Positions 9,119-17,646 of a stretch of 32,000 bases of DNA are shown here, piece after piece. This DNA comes from Candidatus Saccharimonadota bacterium. Its GTDB lineage: Archaea; Micrarchaeota; Micrarchaeia; Micrarchaeales; Micrarchaeaceae. The notes below the pieces were generated by a model, which ran no database searches, was not told the DNA's origin, and worked only from the letters and a program-made list of their open reading frames with translations. The DNA lies in the NCBI GenBank assembly GCA_963705375.1, contig OY970071.1, positions 90,001-122,000 on the forward strand, in the 5' to 3' direction. The translations under genes and the position numbers were made by a program. How positions within the stretch are numbered: position 1 is the first letter of the stretch; every line of letters starts with the position of its first letter.

Positions 9119-10525
9119 TTATGCATCAAGATAGTAGTAGTGCTCCATCGGGTGCGGGTATTGCGCCAATGACCTTACTTCTTCTCTCTTGAGCTCGATG
9201 TACGCGTCAAGGAAAGATGAGTTGAACGCAGGCTTCAGGAAGCTCCTGTCTGTCTCGAGCTCATCAAGCGCCTCCTCCAATGATCGTGGAAGCTCGCCTA
9301 TTCCTAGCTCCTTCCTTTTTTCTGGGGTCAAGTGGTATATGTCTGCGTCAACGTGAGCTACAGGCTCCATCTTCTTGTCTATGCCGTCGATCGCTGCCAT
9401 CAGGATTCCTGCGAAGACAAGGTACGGGTTTGAAGTCGGGTCGGGTGCGCGGTATTCTACCCTCTTGGCATGCTCTACACCTTTGTAATAGGCCGGGACT
9501 CGCACCACTGCGCTTCTGTTTGCCTTGCTCCATGCTGTGTACACCGGTGCCTCATAGCCTGGTATCAGCCTTCTGTAGCTGTTTGTTGTAGGTGAAACTA
9601 TGGCTGACAGCGCTCTTGCATGGTTAAGTATGCCGCCTATCACATACCTGCCTATCTTGCTCAGTTCAGCATAATCGTCTGCAGGATCGTACATCAGGTT
9701 CTTCTTTCCTTCAGAGTTCCATACGCTGAAGTGCGTGTGCATGCCGCTGCCGTTGTCTCCGAACATAGGCTTAGGCATGAATGTCGCGACCATGCCGTGG
9801 TTTGCCGCGACGTTCCTTAAAACGTATTTGAGGAGCTGCACCTTGTCTGCAGTGTCAACAAGCGTAGAGTATTCAAACGTTATCTCTCCTTGTGAAGTTG
9901 CGACTTCGTGGTGCGTCGCTTCCACATTCAGGCCGAACTGCTGCGTCAGCATGTCTGCAGCTTCTAGTCTTATGTCCATGAGCTGGTCCACAGGCGGGGC
10001 TGGATAGTACCCTTCCTTGTGCCTCACTATGAAGCTTCCTGTCTGCTGCCATGGCGCTTCGCGAGCGCTTATGCTGTATGACGTTCCGCTCTGCGGCCTT
10101 GACGCGTCGATATCCACTTTGTCGAATATGAAGAACTCTGGCTCTGGACCAAAGAAGCTCTTGTAGCCCTTGCCTTTCTGGTAGTTCTCTGCTTCTTCTG
10201 CTATGTATCGTGGGTCCCTCTCGAACCTTCCCTTTCCAGAACCCTGCATCACTTTGGCCATTACGCGCGCAACGTTTGGCATCCATGGTATCAGCGTCAT
10301 TGAGTCTGCAATCGGTAGCAATACCATGTCGCTCTCGCTTATCTTTGTGAAACCCTTTATGCTGCTGCCATCTAGCTTTCCGAAACCGTTAGAGAAGCAG
10401 TCTGCATCAAAATCCCTTGCTGGAAGAGTCACATGCTGCAGTTTCCCTAGCATGTCCGTGAACTGCACATCAACCCATCGCACACTGTTCTCTTTTATGA
10501 TTCGCAACGCACCCTCTACAGTCAT
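9119..10525 (-). CDS. glnA: Glutamine synthetase type I
   Basis: [10 protein letters not shown] beta-grasp start, [15 protein letters not shown]-site [24 protein letters not shown] and [17 protein letters not shown] 10525 is preceded by GGTGA; the track ORF extends to 10636. Confidence 0.92.
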   Translation of the reverse strand: MTVEGALRIIKENSVRWVDVQFTDMLGKLQHVTLPARDFDADCFSNGFGKLDGSSIKGFTKISESDMVLLPIADSMTLIPWMPNVARVMAKVMQGSGKGRFERDPRYIAEEAENYQKGKGYKSFFGPEPEFFIFDKVDIDASRPQSGTSYSISAREAPWQQTGSFIVRHKEGYYPAPPVDQLMDIRLEAADMLTQQFGLNVEATHHEVATSQGEITFEYSTLVDTADKVQLLKYVLRNVAANHGMVATFMPKPMFGDNGSGMHTHFSVWNSEGKKNLMYDPADDYAELSKIGRYVIGGILNHARALSAIVSPTTNSYRRLIPGYEAPVYTAWSKANRSAVVRVPAYYKGVEHAKRVEYRAPDPTSNPYLVFAGILMAAIDGIDKKMEPVAHVDADIYHLTPEKRKELGIGELPRSLEEALDELETDRSFLKPAFNSSFLDAYIELKREEVRSLAQYPHPMEHYYYLDA

Positions 10526-10645
10526 CGTTTCACCAGAAGCAATAGGACTATTTACTAATAGTTTGAATTTATATACTTTCTGCTGGATTGGCCGAATGAA
10601 AATATACGAAATATTTCGTAGACTCGACATCGACACGCTTATGGT

Positions 10646-11476
10646 TCATCTAGACCTGCTCTTGTGTATGGTGGGTTTAGGATCTGCTTGGTGTTCCTGG
10701 CTCTTCTCAAGGCCTCCTACAAAACTTATGTGCTCGTTCTCGAACCCCTGTGCGCGGATTTGGCTCCCTATACTTTTTATGTGCGTTTTGCTAGTTTTTT
10801 CTGCTACTATTACATTCATGTCCTTAAAGTCGAGCTTATGCAATAATCCCACGTCTTTCTTAAGATTGCGCGGTTGTGCCGCCATAGTGTACATGCCTCC
10901 TAGTTCCACACCGAGCTTCTGGGCAAGCACCTCATTGGTATAGCCATAACGCCCTGCAAAAGCATCAGGGCTTGATATCAATACTGCGGAATGGCTGTGT
11001 GACTTTGGCGGTAGCTTGTCTTTTTGAGCATACCAGGTGGTTATGACTCTATCTTTTCCATCGCTCTCGAATAGCGTTCGTGCCATCTCTTCCTGCATTT
11101 CTTTGTTCTCTGCATCCACTTGTTCTAGGCTAAGCCCATCAGAATCGATGCTCTTGGCTCTAAATCTGTCTCCAAGCCTCTGTGCGAATGCATCGAATTC
11201 CTTATTCGGAGCGCGTTCTTCGCCTTTTAGTATGTTTTTAGCGTGATCGTCTGCAGCGCAGTCTTCGTGCTGCATAAGATAAACACTCTCTATGCCGTCC
11301 AGTGTGTGCTTGTCTATTATGGATTGTAGGGTCTCTCTAAGGCTTCCCAGGTCACCTCCGGCGTTTCTGACAATTATGAAATTCCCGCCTTCTTGCTGTG
11401 CAAGCTCATCGATACGCGCATTGAGGCGCGGATCCATGCACGCTATGATGATTTTGACTTTGGTTTCGTCGGCCAT
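10646..11476 (-). CDS. Beta-carbonic-anhydrase-like (Cab/Rv1284-type) domain protein with an uncharacterised C-terminal extension of about 115 aa
   Basis: IIACMDPRL (Cys-x-Asp-x-Arg), VRNAGG, and 57 residues after the Cys, MQHEDCAA (His-x-x-Cys). All three zinc ligands and the Asp/Arg dyad of beta-class CA are present with canonical spacing. The C-terminal part is not recognisable. Confidence 0.5.
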   Translation of the reverse strand: MADETKVKIIIACMDPRLNARIDELAQQEGGNFIIVRNAGGDLGSLRETLQSIIDKHTLDGIESVYLMQHEDCAADDHAKNILKGEERAPNKEFDAFAQRLGDRFRAKSIDSDGLSLEQVDAENKEMQEEMARTLFESDGKDRVITTWYAQKDKLPPKSHSHSAVLISSPDAFAGRYGYTNEVLAQKLGVELGGMYTMAAQPRNLKKDVGLLHKLDFKDMNVIVAEKTSKTHIKSIGSQIRAQGFENEHISFVGGLEKSQEHQADPKPTIHKSRSR

Positions 11477-11725
11477 TTTTACACCGTTGACGTACATATA
11501 ACAATTACTGCCGTAATTTTACTTATACACTGTCTTTCAGAACAAATGGACAGGTCTTTACTTCAGTTAAATAAACTCTAAACATCAACATTTATAGCTG
11601 TTTTAGATACGCTGTCCTTTATCTTGCGTAACCAAAAAGGCTTTAAATGCGAGGAAACAGAATAATAGTGCGGAGAAGAAGGCTGAAAGTCTAATTCTAC
11701 GTAAAACAAAAGAGAAGTGAATAGA

Positions 11726-12022
11726 ATGTATCAAGAAGAAGAAGGTGCAGGAGGCTCCTACGGAGGGGGCTATAGAGGCGGCGGTCGCAGATTCGGCGGC
11801 GGAGGCAGAGGCTATTCTGGTGGTTCATCGGAACCAAAGCCGGTGGCAGTCGGAGATGAGCTTGAAGTCAAGATCGAAGCGGTAGCGTCAAAGGGTGACG
11901 GTATTGCCAAGAAAGACGGCTTCGTTATCTTCATCAAAGGTGCTACAGAAGGGCAGACCGTGAAGATAAAGATAACAGAAGTGAAGGAAAGATTTGCAGT
12001 AGGCGAGATAGTTCCTGCCTGA
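11726..12022 (+). CDS. TRAM-domain RNA-binding protein with a Gly/Arg-rich (RGG-like) N-terminal tail
   Basis: The C-terminal VAVGDELEVKIEAVASKGDGIAKKDGFVIFIKGATEGQTVKIKITEVKERFAVGEIV is a TRAM fold signature. The N-terminus is GGSYGGGYRGGGRRFGGGGRGYSGG. SD AAGTGAAT lies before ATG 11726. Confidence 0.75.
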   Translation: MYQEEEGAGGSYGGGYRGGGRRFGGGGRGYSGGSSEPKPVAVGDELEVKIEAVASKGDGIAKKDGFVIFIKGATEGQTVKIKITEVKERFAVGEIVPA

Positions 12023-12027
12023 ACAGG

Positions 12028-12080
12028 TCTTTCTTTTAGGTGTCTTTCTTTTATTACAGTTCTTTTTCTTTTTATTTTTT
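12028..12080 (+). terminator. Oligo-T terminator region after the TRAM gene
   Basis: Several T4-T7 runs (ctttcttttagg, ctttcttttatt, ctttttctttttattttttc) lie directly after the stop at 12020-12022. Archaeal termination uses oligo-T tracts. Confidence 0.45.
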
Positions 12081-12196
12081 CAATGGTTTAGCGTAAGCGC
12101 TACGATAAAATCTTATTCCTGTCCCGAGTGAAGAGAATAAACCTGCGGCTGTGTGTTTAATGTAGGTGAAGGTGCCCTGCTGTTAAGCAAGGCCCT

Positions 12197-12388
12197 TTAA
12201 ACTTTCTTTACGTTCTTTGCAGCAGGACCGCGTTCGCCAGATACGACCTCGTACTCTACTGCATCGCCCACTGCGAGTGCCGCCCCACCAAGAATCGATG
12301 AGGTGTGTACGTACACGTCCTTGCCGTCTTCGCCCGTGATGAATCCGAAACCACGTGCGGCATTGAACATCTTTACTTTTCCTTTCAT
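12197..12388 (-). CDS. csp: Cold-shock protein (CspA family, OB fold)
   Basis: 63 aa with GKVKMFNAARGFGFI (RNP1) and DVYVH (RNP2). SD GTGAT is followed by 4 nt and then the ATG. Confidence 0.9.
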   Translation of the reverse strand: MKGKVKMFNAARGFGFITGEDGKDVYVHTSSILGGAALAVGDAVEYEVVSGERGPAAKNVKKV

Positions 12389-12521
12389 TGTATCACTTCA
12401 ATAATCCATTAGCATACAAAGCTTATAACCCCTTACGTCGCGGGAGGTACCACAAAATCGCAGCCTCCTGCAAACAATCTGCAACAAAAGAAAGAGCATA
12501 AATATCTTCTAAAAAGGCAAG

Positions 12522-13811
12522 ATGTCTTTCCTAGTTGACAGTAGTTATAAAAGTTTAGGTACCCCTTCTGCTGATATTATAGTATTTTTGGATGGTATTT
12601 CAATGTTTTTTGCAAGACGCAAACCTGAAGAAGTGCCAGTCGGCAATCTGAATCAATTCCTTAACCTGCAGTTTGAGAAGAAGCTAGGTCAGTTCGGATC
12701 CCGTTCTCAAACGATTGTAGACGATCTTGGCAAGGCGGTGCTAAGATTTGGCGATGCTTGTGATACGTTCGAGAAACTCGAAGCAGAACCAAATATCGAA
12801 GGACGCTATGCTGTAAACATCAATTTTATCAAAACGCAGAAGGGCAGGTATGTCGGCAGCCTGAAAAACATTCTCAAAGCAAAACCCGAAGACATGCCCG
12901 CTGTCAACACGTACGAGACGTATGCGAATATACTGGCAAGTTCTGATGATACTGTTAAGAAGATATTGGAAGCCAACGCTAACTTCAAGACTGTACTATA
13001 CTGCTATTCGAACCATCTCTGGGACTTTAAGAGTTTGTTTTCTGAAATCGAAAGGCATACTGCGGCATTGAAAAGCGAACTTGATAGCAAATCGGATGAA
13101 TTCTCAAAGTATGCTGCAGTGCGCAGTCACATTTCGATGTTAAACAGGTATTGTGAAGAACTACTCGCGCTGAAAAAAAGTGCAGAGGTCCTTAAGGCAA
13201 ATCCGAACACACAAGAAGGCGTGTCGCGTATCGACGGCACAGACGCGCACAGAAAACTTTACGATAAAATGGCAGAGTTGGCGCGATTGCGCAAAGAAAA
13301 CACCAATCTTCATAGTAGGATAACCTCGCTCGTCCTTCCTTTGGAAAGGGCTTCAAAAAAACTCGACTATCTCTCTGCACACAAAGCAAAACTTCACAAA
13401 TTTGTAGAAGATCCGATAAGCACGATAAATAACGAAGCAGAATACAAAGAGTTCAATGCTCTTGTCCAAGAGCTGGACAAAAACGTACGTGAAGGCCGCA
13501 TAGATCTTAAGAACAGTGATAAGGTGAGCGAAATTGTGTCGCTGCTCTTGGGTTCTGACTTTTATTCTATGGTACGCTCTTTCAGGTCAAACCTAAAGGC
13601 AGAGTTGGAAGCCAAAACGGATATTGAGGCTTTGGAAAAGAATCTAACTGCAATCAAGAACGAAAAGACTGCATCTGAGAAGTGTGCGCAGGAAATGGCC
13701 GGCATAGAAGAAAAAGTTGTTGAGGCAGAAAAAGGCAAAGACGCTGAGAAAAAAGCGATAGAAAAGCTATTTGAAGACGATTATGGCGTTCTTATTGTCA
13801 TAACCAATTAG
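12522..13811 (+). CDS. Coiled-coil protein of unknown function
   Basis: 429-aa ORF with long heptad-like Lys/Glu/Leu-rich stretches in the C-terminal two thirds. No enzymatic motif or TM segment. ATG 12603 (MFFARRKPEE) is an alternative start. Confidence 0.55.
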   Translation: MSFLVDSSYKSLGTPSADIIVFLDGISMFFARRKPEEVPVGNLNQFLNLQFEKKLGQFGSRSQTIVDDLGKAVLRFGDACDTFEKLEAEPNIEGRYAVNINFIKTQKGRYVGSLKNILKAKPEDMPAVNTYETYANILASSDDTVKKILEANANFKTVLYCYSNHLWDFKSLFSEIERHTAALKSELDSKSDEFSKYAAVRSHISMLNRYCEELLALKKSAEVLKANPNTQEGVSRIDGTDAHRKLYDKMAELARLRKENTNLHSRITSLVLPLERASKKLDYLSAHKAKLHKFVEDPISTINNEAEYKEFNALVQELDKNVREGRIDLKNSDKVSEIVSLLLGSDFYSMVRSFRSNLKAELEAKTDIEALEKNLTAIKNEKTASEKCAQEMAGIEEKVVEAEKGKDAEKKAIEKLFEDDYGVLIVITN

Positions 13812-13864
13812 TCTTAAATACTCAACAGTCTTAGACATATCGGAATCTGCTTCTACATTCCTAT

Positions 13865-14884
13865 TTGGTATTTAGAACTGGTGCGAGCTTGGACGTAATC
13901 AACGTGAAAGGCCTAACAAAGGACTTTGGTACGCTTACGGCTGTGGACTCTGTCTCTTTTCAGGTAAAAGACGGGGAAGTGTTCGGACTTCTAGGTCCGA
14001 ATGGCGCAGGAAAGACTACGACAATAAAGATGCTCATAACGCTCCTTACCCCCACTTCTGGCGATGCCACTGTTTCAGGCTGGGATATCCGGAAAGACAA
14101 AAGAAAAGTGAGGGACAGCATTGGAGTGGTGTTTCAGGACCCTTCTCTAGATGACGAGCTTACTGGCAGGGAGAATCTCGCGTTCCATGCCATACTTTAC
14201 AGGATGAACAAGAGCGAGATGGAGAAGAAAATACAGAGCGTGCTGAAGCTTGTTGAACTCGAAGACAAAGCGGACATTCTTGTAAAGAATTATTCCGGTG
14301 GCATGAAAAGAAGGCTCGAGATAGGCCGCGGCCTGATGCACGAGCCAAAGGTGCTCTTCCTTGACGAGCCGACCATAGGGTTGGATCCGCAGACAAGACG
14401 CCACATGTGGGACTATATACAGAAGCTGAACACACAGCACAGAACAACGCTCATTCTCACCACTCACTACATAGAAGAAGCAGATTACTTGTGCAGAAGA
14501 GTCGCGTTTATAGACCACGGCAAGATAGTTGCGCTTGACACGCCTGGTGCACTGAAGGATAAAATGGGCGGAGACATAATAACGCTCAGAATAAAACAAA
14601 ATGTTGGCAACGAAGTCAAGAAGTTCAAGAGCATTTCATGGGTTAAGGCCGTATCCGTGCACGATGATGTTATAGCGCTAACAGTTGAGAAAGGGAACGA
14701 ACGCATCTCAGAGATTGTGATGTTTGCCAAGAAACACGGCATAACAATAAGTTCTGTTGACCTGCGCAAGCCAAGCCTTGAAGACGTGTTCATAAAATAT
14801 ACGGGAAAGACAATAAGGGAAGAGGAGGGGAGCTGGCGTGATAGGTTAAGGACCCGTCATGCTGCGTGGACTGGGAGGCGATGA
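13865..14884 (+). CDS. ABC transporter ATP-binding protein (ABC-2/DrrA-like exporter type)
   Basis: Walker A GPNGAGKTT, Q-loop VFQD, signature YSGGMKRRLE, Walker B LFLDEPT, H-loop TTHY. The start is uncertain: TTG 13865, or TTG 13889 preceded by GGTG. Confidence 0.9.
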   Translation: MVFRTGASLDVINVKGLTKDFGTLTAVDSVSFQVKDGEVFGLLGPNGAGKTTTIKMLITLLTPTSGDATVSGWDIRKDKRKVRDSIGVVFQDPSLDDELTGRENLAFHAILYRMNKSEMEKKIQSVLKLVELEDKADILVKNYSGGMKRRLEIGRGLMHEPKVLFLDEPTIGLDPQTRRHMWDYIQKLNTQHRTTLILTTHYIEEADYLCRRVAFIDHGKIVALDTPGALKDKMGGDIITLRIKQNVGNEVKKFKSISWVKAVSVHDDVIALTVEKGNERISEIVMFAKKHGITISSVDLRKPSLEDVFIKYTGKTIREEEGSWRDRLRTRHAAWTGRR

Positions 14885-15648
14885 CAATGGATGCTAATGC
14901 AGTTTATGTTTTGTGGCTTAGAGAAATGAAAAGGTTCACCCGGGCAAAGTCGAGGGTCATAGGTATCCTGGTGATGCCTTTGTTTTTCCTGCTCGGTCTT
15001 GGACTGGGTCTTGGAGGTCTTATAACCGCACAAGTGAGCGGAGGCAGCTACCTTCAGTTCATAGTGCCCGGGATAATCGGCATGTCTCTGATGTCTGCAG
15101 CGATCGCATCAGGTTTTTCGGTTATATGGGACCGTGAATTTGGATTTTTGAAAGAGATAATGGTGACTCCAAATTCCATGGCTTCAATCGCATTTGGCAG
15201 GATGCTTGGAGGCACCACCACTGCGATGCTTTCTGCTACAATGGTGACCGTGGTCTCTGTTCTGGTGGGCTTCCACATACACTACTCTCTAATGCTTCTT
15301 ATTGCGATACTTTTCATGGTGCTGATAGCCATGACCTTCATAAGCCTCGGATTAATACTCGCATCTGTAATAACCGACCTTCAGGGCTTTGGAATGATAA
15401 CAAGCTTCTTCACCATGCCGCTGCTATTTCTTTCAAATGGCCTATTTCCATTGAGCCGCTTCCCGCGGATTGTGCAGTACATCGCCTATTTCAATCCACT
15501 CGCATACGGCATAGACGGAATAAGAGGCACGCTTGGAGGGGCTTCTGCCATACCCATTCCTGTAGATCTTGCGGCGATGGTGCTTGTTGTGGCAATTATG
15601 GCATCGATAGCGACTTATGCGTTCAGCAAAAGCGAAACTGGCGTGTAA
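14881..15648 (+). CDS. ABC-2 type transporter permease
   Basis: Six hydrophobic helices and an N-terminal LREMKRFTRAKSR motif typical of ABC-2 permeases. GGAGG lies 3 nt upstream, and an ATGA start/stop overlap (14881-14884) links it to the ATPase gene. Confidence 0.8.
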   Translation: MTMDANAVYVLWLREMKRFTRAKSRVIGILVMPLFFLLGLGLGLGGLITAQVSGGSYLQFIVPGIIGMSLMSAAIASGFSVIWDREFGFLKEIMVTPNSMASIAFGRMLGGTTTAMLSATMVTVVSVLVGFHIHYSLMLLIAILFMVLIAMTFISLGLILASVITDLQGFGMITSFFTMPLLFLSNGLFPLSRFPRIVQYIAYFNPLAYGIDGIRGTLGGASAIPIPVDLAAMVLVVAIMASIATYAFSKSETGV

Positions 15649-15702
15649 GGCTCACACGTTTTGTCAGTTTCAAAAGAAGAATGATCTTGTGGACTGTGCC
15701 TT

Positions 15703-16764
15703 TCACACTCTGCTGTAAGTCTGCAATTCCTCACTAAAGTCTTCCAGGTTGCCTATTATGTCTTGCTGCTCCTCTAAGATGCCTTTTCTAATATGGACAT
15801 CTGAAGGCATCTTGGCAGACAGATATAGTGCACGTTTTAATGGATCCTGTTTGTCATCAGCAGTGGACTCGACAGCCACATCCATGCCTATTTTACACGC
15901 CTCCCAACGTCGCCTTACACGTTCTAGGTAATCTAAATATCTTTCATTATCTCTACTGTCTAAATCCTTATTATCTATTATGCTCTTCAGCAGTAGGCTT
16001 ACTGCCATTCTGCCTGCCGTCTTTCCAATATCGTACGACATTGACGCTGCCAATATCGGTTCAAAATTCTCCTGTTCGCCTGGCCTATCGGGCAGATAAT
16101 ATTGTGCATCTATTATCCTATCTTCAGATGCAGTCCTCGCTTCAAAGTTCGCAGCATCGTATATCATATCTATTATGTCTTGTAGTTTTTTTATTATGTC
16201 ATCTTTTACTGCTGTGTTTTTTGAATACAAAGCTTCAGCGGCTTTGGATATTATCTCGTAGGGCATATAGTCCAGCATTTCTTCCGGAACTGTAGTCTTT
16301 CCGTCATTTTTTGCTGCGTCAATGGCTTTACGTTTGCCCTCTCCCCAGCTGTCCTCTCCATAGAATATCTTTATCCCCTTTAGATACGTCCTTACCTTCG
16401 GGAGGTCCTTGCTCAATATGTACTTGCCTGGTTGCAAGTAGTCCGCATCTGACACATCCTCAAATATGAACTTTCTTAACGTCTTGATAAAATGCAGTTG
16501 GAACTCCGGCAGCAGCTTTCGGGCAGTAGATACGTCTTCTAATTTTCGCAATTCATCCAACGCGTTTGTCAACTTTTTTTCAAAACTGATGTACCTGTCC
16601 TCGGATTCTGCAGATTCCGTCTTTGGTGTTGCGAAAGCCTTGTCTTCTATTCTTCTCAAATCATCCAAAGCTTTTGCCAAACGTTCTTCGTCGATTTTCT
16701 GTTCATCTGGTTCTGCAGCATCTTTCTTAGCCTTGGCCTCCTTAGGTTTAGAACTACCTTTCAT
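15703..16764 (-). CDS. ORFan, soluble helical protein with an N-terminal duplicated LxxALD(D/E)LR(R/K)(I/L)ED motif
   Basis: 353-aa ORF with protein-like composition. It has its own TATA (complement of 16795-16804) about 36 nt upstream of the ATG. No known family recognised. Confidence 0.6.
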   Translation of the reverse strand: MKGSSKPKEAKAKKDAAEPDEQKIDEERLAKALDDLRRIEDKAFATPKTESAESEDRYISFEKKLTNALDELRKLEDVSTARKLLPEFQLHFIKTLRKFIFEDVSDADYLQPGKYILSKDLPKVRTYLKGIKIFYGEDSWGEGKRKAIDAAKNDGKTTVPEEMLDYMPYEIISKAAEALYSKNTAVKDDIIKKLQDIIDMIYDAANFEARTASEDRIIDAQYYLPDRPGEQENFEPILAASMSYDIGKTAGRMAVSLLLKSIIDNKDLDSRDNERYLDYLERVRRRWEACKIGMDVAVESTADDKQDPLKRALYLSAKMPSDVHIRKGILEEQQDIIGNLEDFSEELQTYSRV

Positions 16765-16794
16765 TTTACCGCATTCATACCAACTGATTTTTCA

Positions 16795-16873
16795 GATATA
16801 TATGCCTTTTTAGAAGCGAATTTGGCAGAATTGTACCATTAGACAAAACAAAACAGAGCGGAATGTATATATG
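16795..16873. promoter_or_regulatory. Divergent promoter region with two TATA boxes
   Basis: GATATATATG at 16795-16804, read on the minus strand as CATATATATC, lies about 36 nt from ATG 16764. GTATATATG at 16865-16873 lies about 38 nt from ATG 16907. Confidence 0.5.
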
Positions 16874-16906
16874 TTTTAGGTGAATAGTCAGATACGCGTG
16901 AATGCT

Positions 16907-17551
16907 ATGTTCGGGCTGTCTGGAACTGGAATGCCTAACGATCAAATAAGGGCGAACCTAGAGATCATACTGAAAAAAGACGCCCAATTGACGGCAAATG
17001 CGCTAAAATCCTTGGATGATGGAAAAGCGGATAGGGCAGTTATCCGACAAACTGCAATAACAATGATTCAGGATCTTGCACGAGAAGGGGATCTAGTCAA
17101 AATAGCCGATTCTATCGATACGCTAGAAAAGTACGGGCTGGTTGACTACTCTGATATTGAGAAGATGATAAATGTTCGTCAAGTGGTTAAAGGCCTGGAA
17201 AAGCTTGCAGAAACATATATGCGTACTGGTGAATTATTGGCTTCTGCATCGGTCTTTTTGCACGTTGTAGAGTTCTTTGGGTTAAATAGGCAAGATATAT
17301 CCGACTCGCTGGTACAGAAGGTCATGGAGCTTATCGCAGCAGATGTTGCCGGAAAATTGAATTTGTGGAACCGGCCAACAGTTGACGAGCTCAACAGCAA
17401 CAAACTTCTGGATCACGCCAAAGACATGATATCTGCTCTCAAGACAACAACAGGCAGGGACGGGGAGCGGCTGTTCAAGGCGCTTATCAACAGGGGTCTG
17501 AGCGAAGACCAAGCGGACAGGGTGTGCTCGCTTCTCGGTTTCAGCCTATAA
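16907..17551 (+). CDS. ORFan family member A (paralog of 17647..18588)
   Basis: Shares VRQVVKGLEKLA and SLVQKVMELIAADV blocks with the next gene. TATA GTATATATG at 16865-16873, and SD GTGAAT 3 nt before ATG 16907. The track start is GTG 16880. Confidence 0.6.
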   Translation: MFGLSGTGMPNDQIRANLEIILKKDAQLTANALKSLDDGKADRAVIRQTAITMIQDLAREGDLVKIADSIDTLEKYGLVDYSDIEKMINVRQVVKGLEKLAETYMRTGELLASASVFLHVVEFFGLNRQDISDSLVQKVMELIAADVAGKLNLWNRPTVDELNSNKLLDHAKDMISALKTTTGRDGERLFKALINRGLSEDQADRVCSLLGFSL

Positions 17552-17579
17552 TCCTTCCAGTTGCGTGCTGCTTGATTTT

Positions 17580-17601
17580 CCGATTCCAAGTGCGAAATCG
17601 G
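17580..17601 (+). terminator. Small hairpin between paralog genes A and B
   Basis: CCGATT-N10-AATCGG preceded by GATTTT. It lies between the stop of A (17551) and the TATA of B (17622). Confidence 0.25.
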
Positions 17602-17621
17602 CTCTCTCTATTGAGGCAACG

Positions 17622-17629
17622 TATAAATA
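17622..17629 (+). promoter_or_regulatory. TATA box for 17647..18588
   Basis: TATAAATA is centred about 22 nt upstream of ATG 17647, giving a near-leaderless transcript. Confidence 0.4.
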
Positions 17630-17646
17630 TTCCTTCATTTAGATGT

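Noticed and set aside
10203-10943. Long antisense ORFs: 10203..10943 (+), 18604..19281 (+), 3191..3823 (+), 1052..1516 (-), 4895..5368 (+), 14147..14599 (-) and others in the track
   Set aside because: Each lies opposite a gene with clear family motifs (GlnA, UbiB, DRG, ABC ATPase and so on). Their Ser/Leu/Cys/Arg-rich, low-complexity composition is typical of shadow frames, and none has a promoter or SD context.
17524-17646. 5' extensions of track ORFs: 17524-17646, 6279-6365, 24842-24949, 10526-10636, 8471-8497, 7307-7321
   Set aside because: The extensions run through TATA boxes or AT-rich promoter sequence, or overlap the upstream gene, and they encode implausible peptides. Internal ATG/GTG codons with SD or leaderless geometry give N-termini typical for the families.
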